A stretch of 44,525 nucleotides of DNA from a virus, in IMG/VR virus record IMGVR_UViG_3300048074_000119; one strand, 5' to 3'. How positions within the stretch are numbered: the first letter of the stretch is position 1; the number at the start of each line of letters is the position of its first letter. Below the pieces are notes generated by a model. That model was not told the DNA's origin. It was given only the letters and a program-made list of their open reading frames with translations, and did no database searches. The position numbers and the translations under genes are program-made. Of this stretch, positions 1-9,800 are shown in pieces.

Positions 1-613
1 TCGAGCAGGACAAGTGTAGGTGAGGGCGCTGGTTGTGCAGCAGCGCCGACACGACGTTCTGCTGCATCCAGCTCAAGGTCTCGAGCCACTCCGCCTTCTC
101 TTCGCTGGACATGTCACCATCCGGCTTCGTCCAAGGGCGCACCTTCGGGAACAGTTCGGCGCAGGCGTCGCGATGCTGGTCTGCTGTGCAGCGAGCTGTC
201 CTGACGTCGCCGATGGTCGCGAGCTCAGGGGCCGCCACGTAGCTGCACACTGGGCATGTCCACTTCGCTCCACGGTACAACCGGCCCGTCACATCGGCGC
301 CGACGATGTCGTGGTAGCCGCCGCGCGGCATGGACATCGCGTCGCGAGTGGCCTTCGCGTCCGCGCCCTCGAGCGAACGCTCCTCCCAGTAGAGGGCCTT
401 GGCGGGCGGCATCGCCGCCGCGTGCTCGACAGCTTGTGCAACGACGACCCCGACCGCGGCGGGGTCCCGATACGGGTGACCGACAGCGAGCACGGAGAGG
501 CGCCGCCGCTTGAGGCGGCGAAGCGTCCCGAGGATGCTGTCGTGGTAGACGACGCCGATGCAGAGGCCCACGACGGAGCCCGCACCAGCGACCAGCAGGA
601 GCAGGGCGCTCAT
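1..613 (-). CDS. Hypothetical protein with N-terminal TM helix and a CPVC motif (3' end runs off the window)
   Basis: Manual translation MSALLLLVAGAGSVVGLCIGVVY...WTCPVCSY...; ATG overlaps the TGA of the upstream gene (ATGA at 610-613); open to the window edge. Confidence 0.7.
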   Translation of the reverse strand, partial: MSALLLLVAGAGSVVGLCIGVVYHDSILGTLRRLKRRRLSVLAVGHPYRDPAAVGVVVAQAVEHAAAMPPAKALYWEERSLEGADAKATRDAMSMPRGGYHDIVGADVTGRLYRGAKWTCPVCSYVAAPELATIGDVRTARCTADQHRDACAELFPKVRPWTKPDGDMSSEEKAEWLETLSWMQQNVVSALLHNQRPHLHLSCS

Positions 614-1482
614 GCGGACAGCGCCCTCGCCGCTGCGACGACCGATTGGTCCCAGGTGTTGTAGGCGGCCTTGCGCACCCTGTAGAGGTCGTTGGCCCAG
701 TTGCCTGTGGGCACCGCGGTCACCACCACCCATTGAACTCGGAGGCTGCGGTCCTGATGTCGGAACGAAACTCCAGGCATCACGACGCCACACCGCTTGT
801 CACCATGCTGGAAGATGGCCGCGAAGTAGACGGGCGAGTCCCCCTCGTCCACCGACGCCTCGATGCGCTCGATGGACACCACCTCGACCGGTTGGCTGAC
901 GCCTCCGAGGATGACGACGTCGTGCCTGAACCATTGCAAGAGCAGGCGCGCGGCCGCAGCGGACGCGGAGTCCATCTCCTCGACCGACAGGTCGTCGGCA
1001 CGGGCACGTCGCGCCGTGCGCTTGCTGGCCACCTTCTTGGTCGCCCGAGCCGGACGCTTGCTGGCCGCCTTCTTGGTCGCCCCGCCCTTCTTGCCCTTCT
1101 TCTTGTCCTCGGGGGGCGGCACGGGCTGCAGGGCCTGCTTCGGGAGGGCCCCCGGATCGACGACCGCCACGCCGCGGAGAACCGATGCGCGTACCGCCTG
1201 GGTCGACCAAGCGACGCTGCCGTGCTTCGTCGCCCGGCTTGGCTTGCTCGGGAGCACGATCATCCAGCCTGTGCCTCCCTGAACCTGTGCCCGGACCACC
1301 CATCCGGTGACCGGATCCTTCGGGCTGAGGCGCAGCGGCACCGCCGCGAGCATGTGCCCGCAGTAGTGGTGATACGGCGCGCAGACACGACTCAGCCACG
1401 CCACGGGCTCGCCCGCGTCCAGCGCGGTGATGGTCATGTCACGAGCCACGGAGATGACGTCGGCGATGGTCGTGGTCGACAT
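610..1482 (-). CDS. Hypothetical protein with central Lys/Ala-rich histone-H1-like tract
   Basis: 290-aa ORF, high GC3; KKKGKKGGATKKAASKRPARATKKVASKR tract. Confidence 0.75.
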   Translation of the reverse strand: MSTTTIADVISVARDMTITALDAGEPVAWLSRVCAPYHHYCGHMLAAVPLRLSPKDPVTGWVVRAQVQGGTGWMIVLPSKPSRATKHGSVAWSTQAVRASVLRGVAVVDPGALPKQALQPVPPPEDKKKGKKGGATKKAASKRPARATKKVASKRTARRARADDLSVEEMDSASAAAARLLLQWFRHDVVILGGVSQPVEVVSIERIEASVDEGDSPVYFAAIFQHGDKRCGVVMPGVSFRHQDRSLRVQWVVVTAVPTGNWANDLYRVRKAAYNTWDQSVVAAARALSA

Positions 1483-1486
1483 GGGG

Positions 1487-1783
1487 TCAGCCTGGGACCA
1501 TGGCGACCTCTTCTGGGGTCGCGAGCCTGGTGTGGATCTCGGGGAGGAACGGTCCCCCGTTGGGGTTCCACCACTCGACTTGGGTCACCACCAAGAAGAG
1601 CGGCTTCGTGATGTCCGCGGGGATGGGGGAAGGGTAGCCGGCTGGCCGGACGTAGTGCTTCTGGTGTGGGAAGATGTGGAGCATCTCTCCTACGCGAGGG
1701 ATGAGGCCGTGGCAGAAGGAGAGTCCGATCACGTCCTCTCGGCCGGGCACGGTGACGGATACCTCGACGACGTTGCTGAGCAT
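1487..1783 (-). CDS. Hypothetical protein (98 aa)
   Basis: MLSNVVEVSV...; start coupled to the upstream stop (TGATG). Confidence 0.65.
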   Translation of the reverse strand: MLSNVVEVSVTVPGREDVIGLSFCHGLIPRVGEMLHIFPHQKHYVRPAGYPSPIPADITKPLFLVVTQVEWWNPNGGPFLPEIHTRLATPEEVAMVPG

Positions 1784-2910
1784 CAGCCACCGCCCTTCGG
1801 CTCGTAAGACGGCGCGGGGAGCGCGCGGATGTGCGCGGCTGCGTTGTGGACGACACCTCGCCCCGATGCGCCGCTGGCGACGTTCTCGCCGCTGGCGATC
1901 TCGCGCTTGGCCTGCTCGATGGCCTTGGCGCACCGCTCGCGCTCGCCCATCGCGATCTCCATCCACGCGCGTTCGCGGTCGAGGGCGAGGCGAATCGTGC
2001 TGGCGCACCGCTCACGCTCGTCCATCGCGATCTCCATCCACGAGGCGGGCCGCGTCGCGTCGACGGGCGCCTCGGGCTTGGCTGCTGTTTCGGCAGCTTC
2101 CTCCACGGGGGGCGACTTCCACCCGAGCTGCCGGTTGTCCCAGCAGAGCGGGGGCATGTGCGTCACACCGTTGCCGGCAGACTCGGAGCAGCCGGGGCAG
2201 TAGGCCATCCCTTCTGCGTCGAGCGGCGGGTCGAGCGTCGGGTCCGGAAGGTTGGCGAGGAACGTCGCCACATCCTTGGCTGCCGAGAGGTGCTGCTGCA
2301 CCGTCACGACCTGCCGCACGTTCGAGCGAGTGCGCAGTGCCAAGCTGCGAATCGCGCTGGCGCAGCGCTCGCGCTCTCGGAACGCGACGGCCTGCCAGCT
2401 GGTCGGGGTCTGCGCCTCGAGCCACCGGAGGATGCCGTGGTGGTAGCGACGGATCTGCCGAGCGTCGGAGACCGCCTCATGCTTCGCCAGCTCGCGTTCC
2501 TCGAACTGCTTGAGGTCGCCGGTGAAGCCGACGTTCTTGGCGAACTGCTTGACGTCGTTGCAGTAGTGGGGGAACGACTTCGGCAGGTCGACCATGCGGC
2601 CCCACATCTGGCAGAACAGGACCCAGTCGTAGGCGCTGTAGTAGCCGTAGAACTCGATGCGGTCGTCCTCGGCGAGGAACGCTTCGATGGCGTCGCGGGC
2701 GTGGGCTCGAGTCACCCACGTGTTGGTGGGCGGGAGGTGCGGCAGCACGTTCTCGACCAGCCAGTGGCTGGCGTGGGCGACGACCCACCCGTCCGAGAAG
2801 GTGAACGAGAGGCTCGCGCCGTCGTCGCGCACGAGCCCAAGGGAGATGAGCTCGATGGGGTAGTCGGCCCCCCGCTCGTTGAACTCGGTGTCGAGGTAGT
2901 ACCGGGCCAT
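1783..2910 (-). CDS. DEDDh 3'-5' exoribonuclease (RNase AS/Rv2179c-like) with C-terminal ERERCA repeats
   Basis: YYLDTEF (ExoI), IELISLGLV, YSAYDW (ExoII), HEAVSDA (ExoIII). Confidence 0.8.
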   Translation of the reverse strand: MARYYLDTEFNERGADYPIELISLGLVRDDGASLSFTFSDGWVVAHASHWLVENVLPHLPPTNTWVTRAHARDAIEAFLAEDDRIEFYGYYSAYDWVLFCQMWGRMVDLPKSFPHYCNDVKQFAKNVGFTGDLKQFEERELAKHEAVSDARQIRRYHHGILRWLEAQTPTSWQAVAFRERERCASAIRSLALRTRSNVRQVVTVQQHLSAAKDVATFLANLPDPTLDPPLDAEGMAYCPGCSESAGNGVTHMPPLCWDNRQLGWKSPPVEEAAETAAKPEAPVDATRPASWMEIAMDERERCASTIRLALDRERAWMEIAMGERERCAKAIEQAKREIASGENVASGASGRGVVHNAAAHIRALPAPSYEPKGGG

Positions 2911-3206
2911 CAGTCGATCCCGAGGTCGTCGGCGAGCTTGACGATCGCCTGGTAGGTGGGGGGGATGGCGGCGATGGCGGCGAGTGTCTCGGCGTGGTGG
3001 GCCTCCTCGCTGAGCGCCTCGATGTTGCGGTCGCGCTGCTCGAGCCGCATGAACGCCTCGACGTGCCGCGGGTCGGTCTTCTTGGCGGCCTTGCGCACGG
3101 CCTTGTCGATCGACTTGTCGTCGATGATGTCGCTGAGGGCGAGGATGATGCGGCGCTTGCGGTTGGTGACCGAGAGGATGTCGTCGTCGTCTTCGTCGTG
3201 GAGCAT
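2910..3206 (-). CDS. Hypothetical protein
   Basis: 98-aa ORF, coupled to the downstream gene. Confidence 0.65.
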   Translation of the reverse strand: MLHDEDDDDILSVTNRKRRIILALSDIIDDKSIDKAVRKAAKKTDPRHVEAFMRLEQRDRNIEALSEEAHHAETLAAIAAIPPTYQAIVKLADDLGID

Positions 3207-3234
3207 GGTGGTGAAGTCTCTCTTGGGCTGGTGG

Positions 3235-3636
3235 TCAGAAAGGTCGGCTGTCTTTTTCGACGATGGTGCCTCGCGGCACCTCGCCCGGCTCGAGGGGGGC
3301 GGTGCCTGGACGGAGCGGCCCGAAGGCCACCCACAGCCGCACCATGCCGCCCGGCTTGTTGCTGATGGAGCGGAGCGGCTCCCATGCGAGCCCCTCGGAC
3401 TTCATGCGCTCGCGGAGGAGATTCCAGGCGTCCGGGCCAGGGTCGTCGTCGTTGTAGCCACCCCCCTTGTCGATGTGCGCGATGTACTGGCCGTGCCCGG
3501 CCGCGTCCATGACGGCTGCATTCAGGCTCTGCCAGAGCGCCTCGGCCGCCGCGTGGACGCGCGCGTCGTCCTGCGTCTTGGCGCTGGCGTTGGTGTCGTC
3601 GGCCTTCTTCTTGGCCAGGTCGGCGAGCTTCTCCAT
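3235..3636 (-). CDS. Hypothetical protein
   Basis: 133-aa ORF, high GC3, TGATG coupling. Confidence 0.65.
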   Translation of the reverse strand: MEKLADLAKKKADDTNASAKTQDDARVHAAAEALWQSLNAAVMDAAGHGQYIAHIDKGGGYNDDDPGPDAWNLLRERMKSEGLAWEPLRSISNKPGGMVRLWVAFGPLRPGTAPLEPGEVPRGTIVEKDSRPF

Positions 3637-4547
3637 CAGTCACCCCCTCGACGGTGAGGGTCGATCGTTAGGTGTCGCGCGCCGCGAGCGTTCTCGCTGA
3701 TCCGTACGTCGATAACTCGACGGATCGTGTGGCCGCTGGTCTTGACGAGGCGTGCCATCGCGCCGAGCATGGCGTACAGTTCGGCTTCGGAGTAGCCGTC
3801 CGTCGTCGTGAGCCAGTCGAGGTAGTCAACGCGATCGGTGTCGGTGATCTCCCCGGTCTGAATCTCTTGGCGATGGGGCTCTTGGCGAAGAGGAAGGGGC
3901 CAGCGATCCCCTGGCCGCGCGGCGGATCGAGCCTGCGCCTCGCTGAGCGCCTGCGCCTGCGCCTGCTCCCCCGTCCGGATCTCTTGGTGCAGCGCCCTCG
4001 CCTGTGCCGCGCTGAGCGCCTGCACCTCGTCGAGGCTGCGGTCGGACAGGCCTGCGCCATCGCAGGCGCGGAGCTTGTCGTACAGAGGGGCACCGGTCAG
4101 AGCGGCGCCGGTCTTAGGATCCTCTCCGCTGGATGAGCGGAGAAGCGCGATGCCGATGGTGGTTCGTGCGATGTCGTGGGGCAGCTCGCCGAGGTAGATC
4201 GTGAGGGAGCCCGGGGGCGGCGGACGACCCACCAGCGCGCCGCTCCCCGGAGGAGGCGGCGGCGTGTTGGGGATGCAGAAGATGTGCTCCACCGCTAGCC
4301 GATGGACGATGCTCGAGATGTCGCCGCACGCATCCGCCTCCGCGCGGGTCAACGTGAACTCGGTGCGGTCGGGGAATTCGGCCGACTTGCTGGTGATCCA
4401 GCGCACGACGTTCTGGAAGCATTCGTCGTTGCGACTGTCCCTCGTCTCGAGGCGACGCTTGAGGGCCTCGTTGCGCAGCCGGGTGCCGAGCGGTTCGGTG
4501 GTCGGTTCTACCTTGCCGCTGATCGCGGCGTGCATAGCGTCACTCAT
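3636..4547 (-). CDS. Hypothetical protein
   Basis: Start re-called at MSDAMHAA (AGAAAGG SD, ATGA overlap). Confidence 0.6.
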   Translation of the reverse strand: MSDAMHAAISGKVEPTTEPLGTRLRNEALKRRLETRDSRNDECFQNVVRWITSKSAEFPDRTEFTLTRAEADACGDISSIVHRLAVEHIFCIPNTPPPPPGSGALVGRPPPPGSLTIYLGELPHDIARTTIGIALLRSSSGEDPKTGAALTGAPLYDKLRACDGAGLSDRSLDEVQALSAAQARALHQEIRTGEQAQAQALSEAQARSAARPGDRWPLPLRQEPHRQEIQTGEITDTDRVDYLDWLTTTDGYSEAELYAMLGAMARLVKTSGHTIRRVIDVRISENARGARHLTIDPHRRGGD

Positions 4548-5284
4548 CGTAGGTACCTTTCTGGTTCGTGGGCGGGACAGCCAACAGGACCGCCTGCGGC
4601 GGTGGACATGCGAGCGCAGGCGGGGCACGGCGCGCCATTGGGGGTCGTCCGCGCCTCGCGTGCATCCCTGAGCATCTGCTCGGCCCGCGTAGGACCGACC
4701 GCCTGCACGAGCGCTGCTCGCGCGTCCGCGGCGTCGTCGGCGTGGCCCGCTGCCACGCGCATGTGCTCGATGACGCGGCGAGCGGTGTCGGTGTAGGAGT
4801 CGGCCTCGTGGGCTGGGAAGCCCGCGCTCTCGAGGTCGGCGAAGGCGTTGACGGCGTCTTGGATGGGGTCGACCCTCCTCTCGCGCGACGACTTGAGCAC
4901 ATTCTCAGCCACACGCAGATGCTTCTCGAGGTTGTCTTGGTGAGGGTCGACGACGCCATCCAAGATGTTGTCCGCGAGCGCGCGGAGGTTGTACGCGAGC
5001 GCGACGCGGAGGTCTGACGGGATGCTTTGAAACCGCTCGTGCACGACCGTGAGGAGCGTCTCGAGCGGCACCCCGACGGCGAAGCGGAACGAGGCCCGCT
5101 CCCCCAGCGCGCCTCGCCGCCCCCCGCTCGCGTGAACCACGAAGAAGGCGTCGCCATGGCAGACGCCAGCGGCAGCGGCGTCGGCGGGCGTCATGTGGAT
5201 GGCGAACACCTGGTGGTCATCAAACGAGAGGAGGGTTGCGGTGCGCTGCGCGGCGTTGCGCATAGCGAACGATTCGGCGTTCAT
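4544..5284 (-). CDS. Hypothetical protein
   Basis: Start re-called at MNAESFAM; ATGA overlap. Confidence 0.6.
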   Translation of the reverse strand: MNAESFAMRNAAQRTATLLSFDDHQVFAIHMTPADAAAAGVCHGDAFFVVHASGGRRGALGERASFRFAVGVPLETLLTVVHERFQSIPSDLRVALAYNLRALADNILDGVVDPHQDNLEKHLRVAENVLKSSRERRVDPIQDAVNAFADLESAGFPAHEADSYTDTARRVIEHMRVAAGHADDAADARAALVQAVGPTRAEQMLRDAREARTTPNGAPCPACARMSTAAGGPVGCPAHEPERYLR

Positions 5285-5550
5285 GGGGTCACCTTGGGGT
5301 TGACGGAGGTTGCGGACGAAGCGGCCGCCTTCGCGGCCTCCGCGTCCTCGAGTTGCTTGCGCGCGGCCTTGAGCCGCAGCTCGATGCGCGCGTTCTCCTC
5401 GGTGAGCTCCTTGTTCAGCGCATCGAGGTGGGAGGCGAAACGATCGATCCTGCTCTGGACGTAGAAGGTGGCGAGCAGGACGGTGACGATCGTAACGATG
5501 CCCACGACCTGGATGGCCCGGAGAAACGTTCGCTGGTCTTGGCTCACCAT
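5281..5550 (-). CDS. Small TM + coiled-coil protein
   Basis: MVSQDQRTFLRAIQVVGIVTIVTVLLATFYV followed by heptad-like LDALNKELTEENARIELRLKAARKQLE. Confidence 0.65.
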   Translation of the reverse strand: MVSQDQRTFLRAIQVVGIVTIVTVLLATFYVQSRIDRFASHLDALNKELTEENARIELRLKAARKQLEDAEAAKAAASSATSVNPKVTP

Positions 5551-5888
5551 CGCCCCACCCTCGCCCCGATGACGCTGGTCTGCTCGCCAGGGACGAACAG
5601 CCAGAGCTGCCTCTGGGTGCACGCGCTGCCGATGCGGATGGCGAGCCCGCCAAGGACCTCCCCGCTGCGGACACGGATCTCCGCGACGTGCGCCGTCTTG
5701 TCCTTGGCGACCTCCTCGGGCGGATCGAAGCCCTTGTGGAGGAGCAGCTCGGCGGAGCTGCTGACCGGGACCTCCCGGACGTTGTTGTGGGCGAGCTTCG
5801 CCCAGTTCGACCCGAAGAGCTCGGTCATCAGCATGCCGACGTGAACGGTCAGGAACACCGCTCGGCCGACGTGAACGGTCAGGAACAC
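5544..5888 (-). CDS. Hypothetical protein with duplicated N-terminus
   Basis: FLTVHVG occurs twice because of a 30-bp tandem duplication. Confidence 0.55.
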   Translation of the reverse strand: MFLTVHVGRAVFLTVHVGMLMTELFGSNWAKLAHNNVREVPVSSSAELLLHKGFDPPEEVAKDKTAHVAEIRVRSGEVLGGLAIRIGSACTQRQLWLFVPGEQTSVIGARVGRW

Positions 5889-5894
5889 CGCTCG
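5835..5894. repeat. Perfect 2 x 30-bp tandem duplication
   Basis: gccgacgtgaacggtcaggaacaccgctcg at 5835-5864 and 5865-5894. Confidence 0.95.
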
Positions 5895-6556
5895 GCCTCC
5901 CGTGTGTAGACGGCCTTTTCAATAACCTGCTCGAGGTCATCGAGAGCCTCATCGGACGGTTGCGCACTCACCGTGAAGTCTGCGCCGAACACCACGTATC
6001 CGCGACTCCACATACTGGCGCGATAGCGAACGTTGTTGGAGGGCAGGATGTCCGTGCGGAACCCCGCCTGCCGAGCGCGGGCCATGAGCGCCTGATGGCG
6101 CTGGAGGCGCGCCTCGGCGAGCGCGGCAGCCTCGGCCTTCTGGACCGTGTCCCACCGGTCGATGAACTGCCGGAGCCACTCGATCGACTCGGGGTCCATG
6201 TCCTCGTGGAGGATGAGTTCGTCGGCCGAGATGTGCTCACGACCGTTCTTGAGGCACCACGCCTTCAACACGGCGGTCAGCGCCTCGGTGGTCAACGCCT
6301 CCTCGAGCGTGGGCACGGGGGGCGGCTCCGGGACCACCTCGGGCTTGGGCCCCGGCATCCAGTGGGTGACCCCACTGAGGGCGACGTTGTCCAGCTTCGC
6401 CTCGACGAAGGTCACGGTGTCCTTGCTCAGATCGATCTTCAGCTGGATGGACTTGGCCGAACGCTTCACGGCGCGCCGCAGTTCGGTGAGCATCGTGTCG
6501 AGCACCTCCCCCTCCCACTCCGAAACGTCGAACACGATGGCCTTCATGGCGGTCAC
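5879..6556 (-). CDS. Hypothetical protein
   Basis: 225-aa ORF, high GC3, GTGA overlap. Confidence 0.7.
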   Translation of the reverse strand: MTAMKAIVFDVSEWEGEVLDTMLTELRRAVKRSAKSIQLKIDLSKDTVTFVEAKLDNVALSGVTHWMPGPKPEVVPEPPPVPTLEEALTTEALTAVLKAWCLKNGREHISADELILHEDMDPESIEWLRQFIDRWDTVQKAEAAALAEARLQRHQALMARARQAGFRTDILPSNNVRYRASMWSRGYVVFGADFTVSAQPSDEALDDLEQVIEKAVYTREAERCS

Positions 6557-6807
6557 CCGGTCCCCTCCGCGCCCTTGCCGATGGCGGCGATGGCCTTGCT
6601 GATCTCGAGGCTGCCGTCGGTCGCCCGCAGGTAGGCCTGGTGGGCGAGCACCTCGCGCCCGTCCTTGTGCCGGACGACCACGTAGCTGCCATTGGCGATC
6701 GATGTGCGGTCCTGCTTGTCAGGGCGCCGCTTGTCGAGCGTCTTGACGTCCTCCAAGGTGCCCATCCGGACGATGGTCACCTCTCCACCGAATCGGTCGT
6801 AGATCAT
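6553..6807 (-). CDS. Hypothetical protein
   Basis: 84-aa ORF MIYDRFGGEV..., GAGGA SD. Confidence 0.7.
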   Translation of the reverse strand: MIYDRFGGEVTIVRMGTLEDVKTLDKRRPDKQDRTSIANGSYVVVRHKDGREVLAHQAYLRATDGSLEISKAIAAIGKGAEGTG

Positions 6808-6834
6808 GGTCCGTCCTCGCGTCCTTCTGGGCGG

Positions 6835-9800
6835 TCAGCCCGTGAGCCTCACGCTCGAGTCCTTCGTCGCGCCGAGCCTTTTCGGACGCGAGGCGCCACC
6901 TTCGAGCGCCTCGTTGTCCGTGAGCATGGCGTAGAGCTGCTTGCCGATGGAGAGGCCGACGAGGTAGCTGTCCTCGGCGACCCCGGCGGCTTGGAGGGCG
7001 GACTCGGGGTCGAGGCCGTCCGTCGCGACCGAGACGGCGACCTTCCGCATGAGGAGGTCGAGCGCCTGGGTCTGGATGGTGTTCGCGTACTTGGGGACGT
7101 AGATGGACGTCGGCCGGGTCTGCCCGATGCGGTCGACCCGGCCGATGGCCTGGCGGAACGTCAGCGGGTTGCACGCCGGGTTCTGCATCCACACCTCGGT
7201 CGAGAAGTGGACCAAGTTGTTGAGCCCCGTCTGCACCGTCACCGGGTTGGCCACGAGCACCCGCGACTTCTTGGCGATGACCTCCTTGTTGATCCAGTCC
7301 TGCCGCTTGGCGGTCGAGACCTTGTCGGCGTGGAGGATGGGGACCCGCTCGCCGATGCGTTCGGCGATGATCCGCGCGAGCCGGGGCATCAGCTTGGTGT
7401 GCCAGCCGAAGACCAGCACGTTGCGCCCCGCCTCGAGCTCGGCCTCCACGAGGTCGAGCATCCACTGCTCCTTCGGCAGGATGGTGCTCGCGGGCAGCAG
7501 GGGCACCGAGGCCACGATCCCACCGTCCTTCACGGTCGGCGGGTACTCGATGGCGAACTGGTCGCCGTGGTCGTTGCCGACGTCGAGGGTCGCCCGGTCG
7601 AGGTAGGAGGGCAGCTCGGCCAGCTGCCCCCACAGCTTGCCCGCCAAGTCCTTCTTGAAGCGGTCCGACCGGATCTGGGCGATGAGCTTGTTGCGCAGCG
7701 CCTGGTAGTGCTGGAACAGTTCCCCCTCCGCCTTGAGGTCGACGTTGCGCTGCTCGCACTTGGGCAGCTCGATCGAGAGGTCGGACTTGTGGAGGGTGAC
7801 CGACATGGGGAGCAGGTGGGTCATGAGGAAGAGCGGCAGCACCCCGGGGGCGTTGCCGAGGATCCGGTGGTTGCGCTCGACGCGGTCGGTCACGGAGCCG
7901 AAGGCGATGATCTCCCCGTCCTGCTTCTCCTCGACGAGGCGCTTGCGGAAGCCGTAGCGCTCGACGAACAGCGACCTGTGCTCCCGGAGGAACTCCCCAC
8001 GGAAGCGGCGACTGATGGCCCAGAAGTTGGAGAACAGGCTCTCGGCGTAGCCGTTCATGATGGTGCCGGTCATCAGGATGGTCGGCAGCCCCATGTTGGT
8101 CAGGCGGTGGGCCGAGCGCTCTTGGGCGCTCCCGTCGGTCGCGTACTCGTGCCCCTCGTCGACGATGAGGAAGTCGAAGAGCTTGCGGTGGCGGCGGGAG
8201 ATGAGCCGGGCGAGCGGGAGGCGGACGGGGTCGGCGACGCCCTGGTAGAGCGGCTCGTCGCAGACCGGGGAGTGCTTGAAGCGTGCGAGGGTGCAGGCGG
8301 CCCGGAACGCCCGGAGCGCCATGGCTGCGGTGCCGGGGGCGTCGTCCTCGATCTTGGTCTCCCCGCCCCGGTGCGAGGGGCTGAGGGTGAACGACCACTC
8401 GGGCAGCTTGTTGCCCTTGTCGACCTCGGCGAGGTGTTCGCGGAGCTTCGCGACGGGGTTGCCGTAGCTGTCGTACCAGCGGCCAGCCATCTGGACCCTC
8501 TTCTCGGCGACCAGCTTCTCGAAGACCACGAGCGCTTGGTCGCGCTCGGCCCCCGGGGGGAGCAGCAGCAGGCACTGGGCGGCGGGGCCCGTGTCCATGC
8601 CGTACTCCTTGAGCCCGAGGTGGTGGATGGTCTCGACGATCAGCCGGGGGTCGGCGAGCGCGAGGAGCGACAGGCAGAGGGCCCTCTCCGCCTTCTTCGT
8701 CACCTCGGGGATCGTGGACTCCACCTCGTTGCGCAGGAGCCGGGTGCACTCGAAGATGATGTGGTGGAAGGGGCTGGACCGGTCGGCGACGATCGGCAGG
8801 CCCGACCAACCCGTGGGCACGGTCCAAGCGGGCTTGCGCTTCCGCTTCTCGTTGCGCATCAGGTAGGCGTCGCCCCGGGTCTGGGCCATGCGGCCGTCGA
8901 GCAGCGACGCCACGTTGGGCTCCGCCGGGTAGTGGGGCTGCAACCGGATCGCGAGCTCCACGACCGACTCGGCGAGCCGGTCCTTGGGGTGCCGCGTCTG
9001 CGCCTTGCAGCGGGCTCGCGTCTTGGCGAAGTCGCCCCCGTGGAGGGGAGCCCCGCACTTGGGGCACCCGCTGCCCTGGACGCCCACGTAGGCGTGCCCG
9101 AGCTTGGCGGCCTCACGGGAGAGCAGGCCGACCACGGGGCGCTCCGGGGCGGCCTTGACGGCCTTGGCGAGGCGCTCGAGGTCGAGCACGTCTCGGAGGA
9201 CGTGGACGTCGACGTCGGGGGCGATGGCCTCGAACTGTTCCTGCCACGAGGCGAGGAGGTGCGGGGGGCAGAGGATGAGGAGCCGCTTGGCGCCGAGGCT
9301 CCGGGCGGCGACGACCGACACGGTGCTCTTGCCCGATCCGATCTCGCCGAGCAGGATGGCGGCCCGGTCGGGCTGCGCGAGCAGGCGCACGAGGGCGCGG
9401 GCGGCGTGGGCCTGGGCGGCGAAGAGCTTGCGGGGGGAGGGGTGGAGGGTGACGGCGTTCGCGTGGTAGCGCGGGTCGTAGAGCACCGGGCACTGCTGCT
9501 CCATGACGCGCATCAGCGAGGTCGAGTAGTGGGACAGGAGGTCGGCCGCGGTCATCTCGCAGACGGCGACCTTGCCCGGGGTGACGTCGGTGCCGGCCTT
9601 GAGGGTGTGGTAGGCGTAGGTCGAGAGGTCGAGGACGGTGGTGACCATCTTCGGCTGCTGCACCTGCACCTCGCCGACGACCTCGCCGTCCTTGTTGACC
9701 TTCTCCTCGATGGTCCGGTACTCGCGGTCGAAGACACCCTTGACCAGGAGCGGGGGGAGGTGGGAGCCGGGGTTGGGCTCGACGCGCGCCCCGTTGAAGA

